From Takakia lepidozioides (taxonomy: Eukaryota; Plantae; Bryophyta): a stretch of DNA of 64,000 nucleotides. Of the stretch, positions 63,356 through 64,000 are shown piece after piece. The translations under genes were made by a program, and so were the position numbers. The notes beneath the pieces are model-generated. The model did not search any database and had not been told where the DNA came from. It saw only the letters and a program-made list of their open reading frames with translations. The stretch covers positions 28,768,001 through 28,832,000 of the forward strand of contig CM060733.1 in the NCBI GenBank assembly GCA_030704615.1, read 5' to 3'. The first letter of the stretch is position 1. The number at the start of each line of letters is the position of its first letter.

Positions 63356-64000
63356 AGTGTCGTGCACCTCACTTCGGTAAGCTCCCCTTCAAGTCATAGT
63401 TACTCGCTTGATGCGCGCGCCTAACTCCCAAACTGGCCACCGGGCCAACTCGGAGCTTCGGCTACTCACCGGGGCATAACGGTCCCCCTTTACTCCTCCA
63501 CTAGACCCTCTCCCAATTTGAGCCTAGTGGAAATTCCCTTTGGTCGAAGGCAGTCCGGAATAGCTCCCCACACCTTGGTCGCTTTCCGGCTCGCACGCTT
63601 ACTCACTAGTTTTTGGACACCAACGGGCTTGCACCGTTCTCGGGGTTACTACTCCCTATATATACTTTTGTGACTGTCCGCGGGGGTTTCACAAACAACA
63701 CCACCATTTTATGGCGAACCACCACGAAAACCCTCGATTCCCGGTGATGAGTCGCGGTGAGTCTTGGCCCACCCACCACGGTCCCCTTGGACCGTGATGA
63801 GTCCCAAGACTCCCCACGACTCCCACCACAAGGTCTCCGCCCCCATGGTGAGTCCTATGCCACCCCCATTAAGTCCCAATAAGCTACCACCACCCTTTGT
63901 GGAGCCACCCCCACCGCAACCCGGTGTGCGGGGCTCCACCTAGTGAGTGCCTCCGCCTCCTCGAGTGCTTGGGCACTCGAGGTTGCTTCAGCCCCCCATA

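Larger units (their letters stand above)
57495..64000 (-). mobile_element. Chromovirus-type Ty3/gypsy element, internally deleted, running off the window end
   Basis: 3' LTR 57495-59079, PPT 59081-59090, chromodomain (EYEVEAVL...EYLVKWKG), GPF module, RNase H, RT (YIDD), PR, and gag with CCHC (CFNCGEPGHMAKKC). tRNA-Met PBS at 63344-63355; 5' LTR from 63358 is near-identical to 57495 onward. Confidence 0.92.

Overview
Eukaryotic land-plant genomic DNA, with intron-containing genes that have plant-type homologues. Host genes: a 5'-incomplete, probably broken oxidosqualene cyclase (+, 1.9-7.8 kb), a GUX/PGSIP GT8 glycosyltransferase (-), a SANT/Myb-bromodomain protein (-), a COBRA-like gene (-) and a METTL7-like SAM methyltransferase (-). 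The rest is largely transposable elements: LINE 3' relics, MITEs, a ~117-bp tandem array and a nest of Ty3/gypsy retrotransposons. The standout is a Ty3/gypsy lineage seen three times in two families (23944-33632, 53329-57494, solo 62749-63289). It carries a DNMT3-like cytosine methyltransferase between protease and RT and ends its integrase in a PHD finger. It is inserted with circularly permuted ('split') LTRs: the element ends lie at an internal palindromic ACA-GC-TGT site in the middle of the LTR, and the two insertions with both ends visible have 4-bp TSDs. The conventional LTR ends (PPT side and PBS side) are fused to each other, as in a 2-LTR circle. One fused junction holds an inverted copy of leader sequence next to a hairpin that sits where the tRNA PBS should be, which suggests self-priming. 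A separate gypsy element carries a dUTPase-like domain. All calls are by eye; no searches were run.
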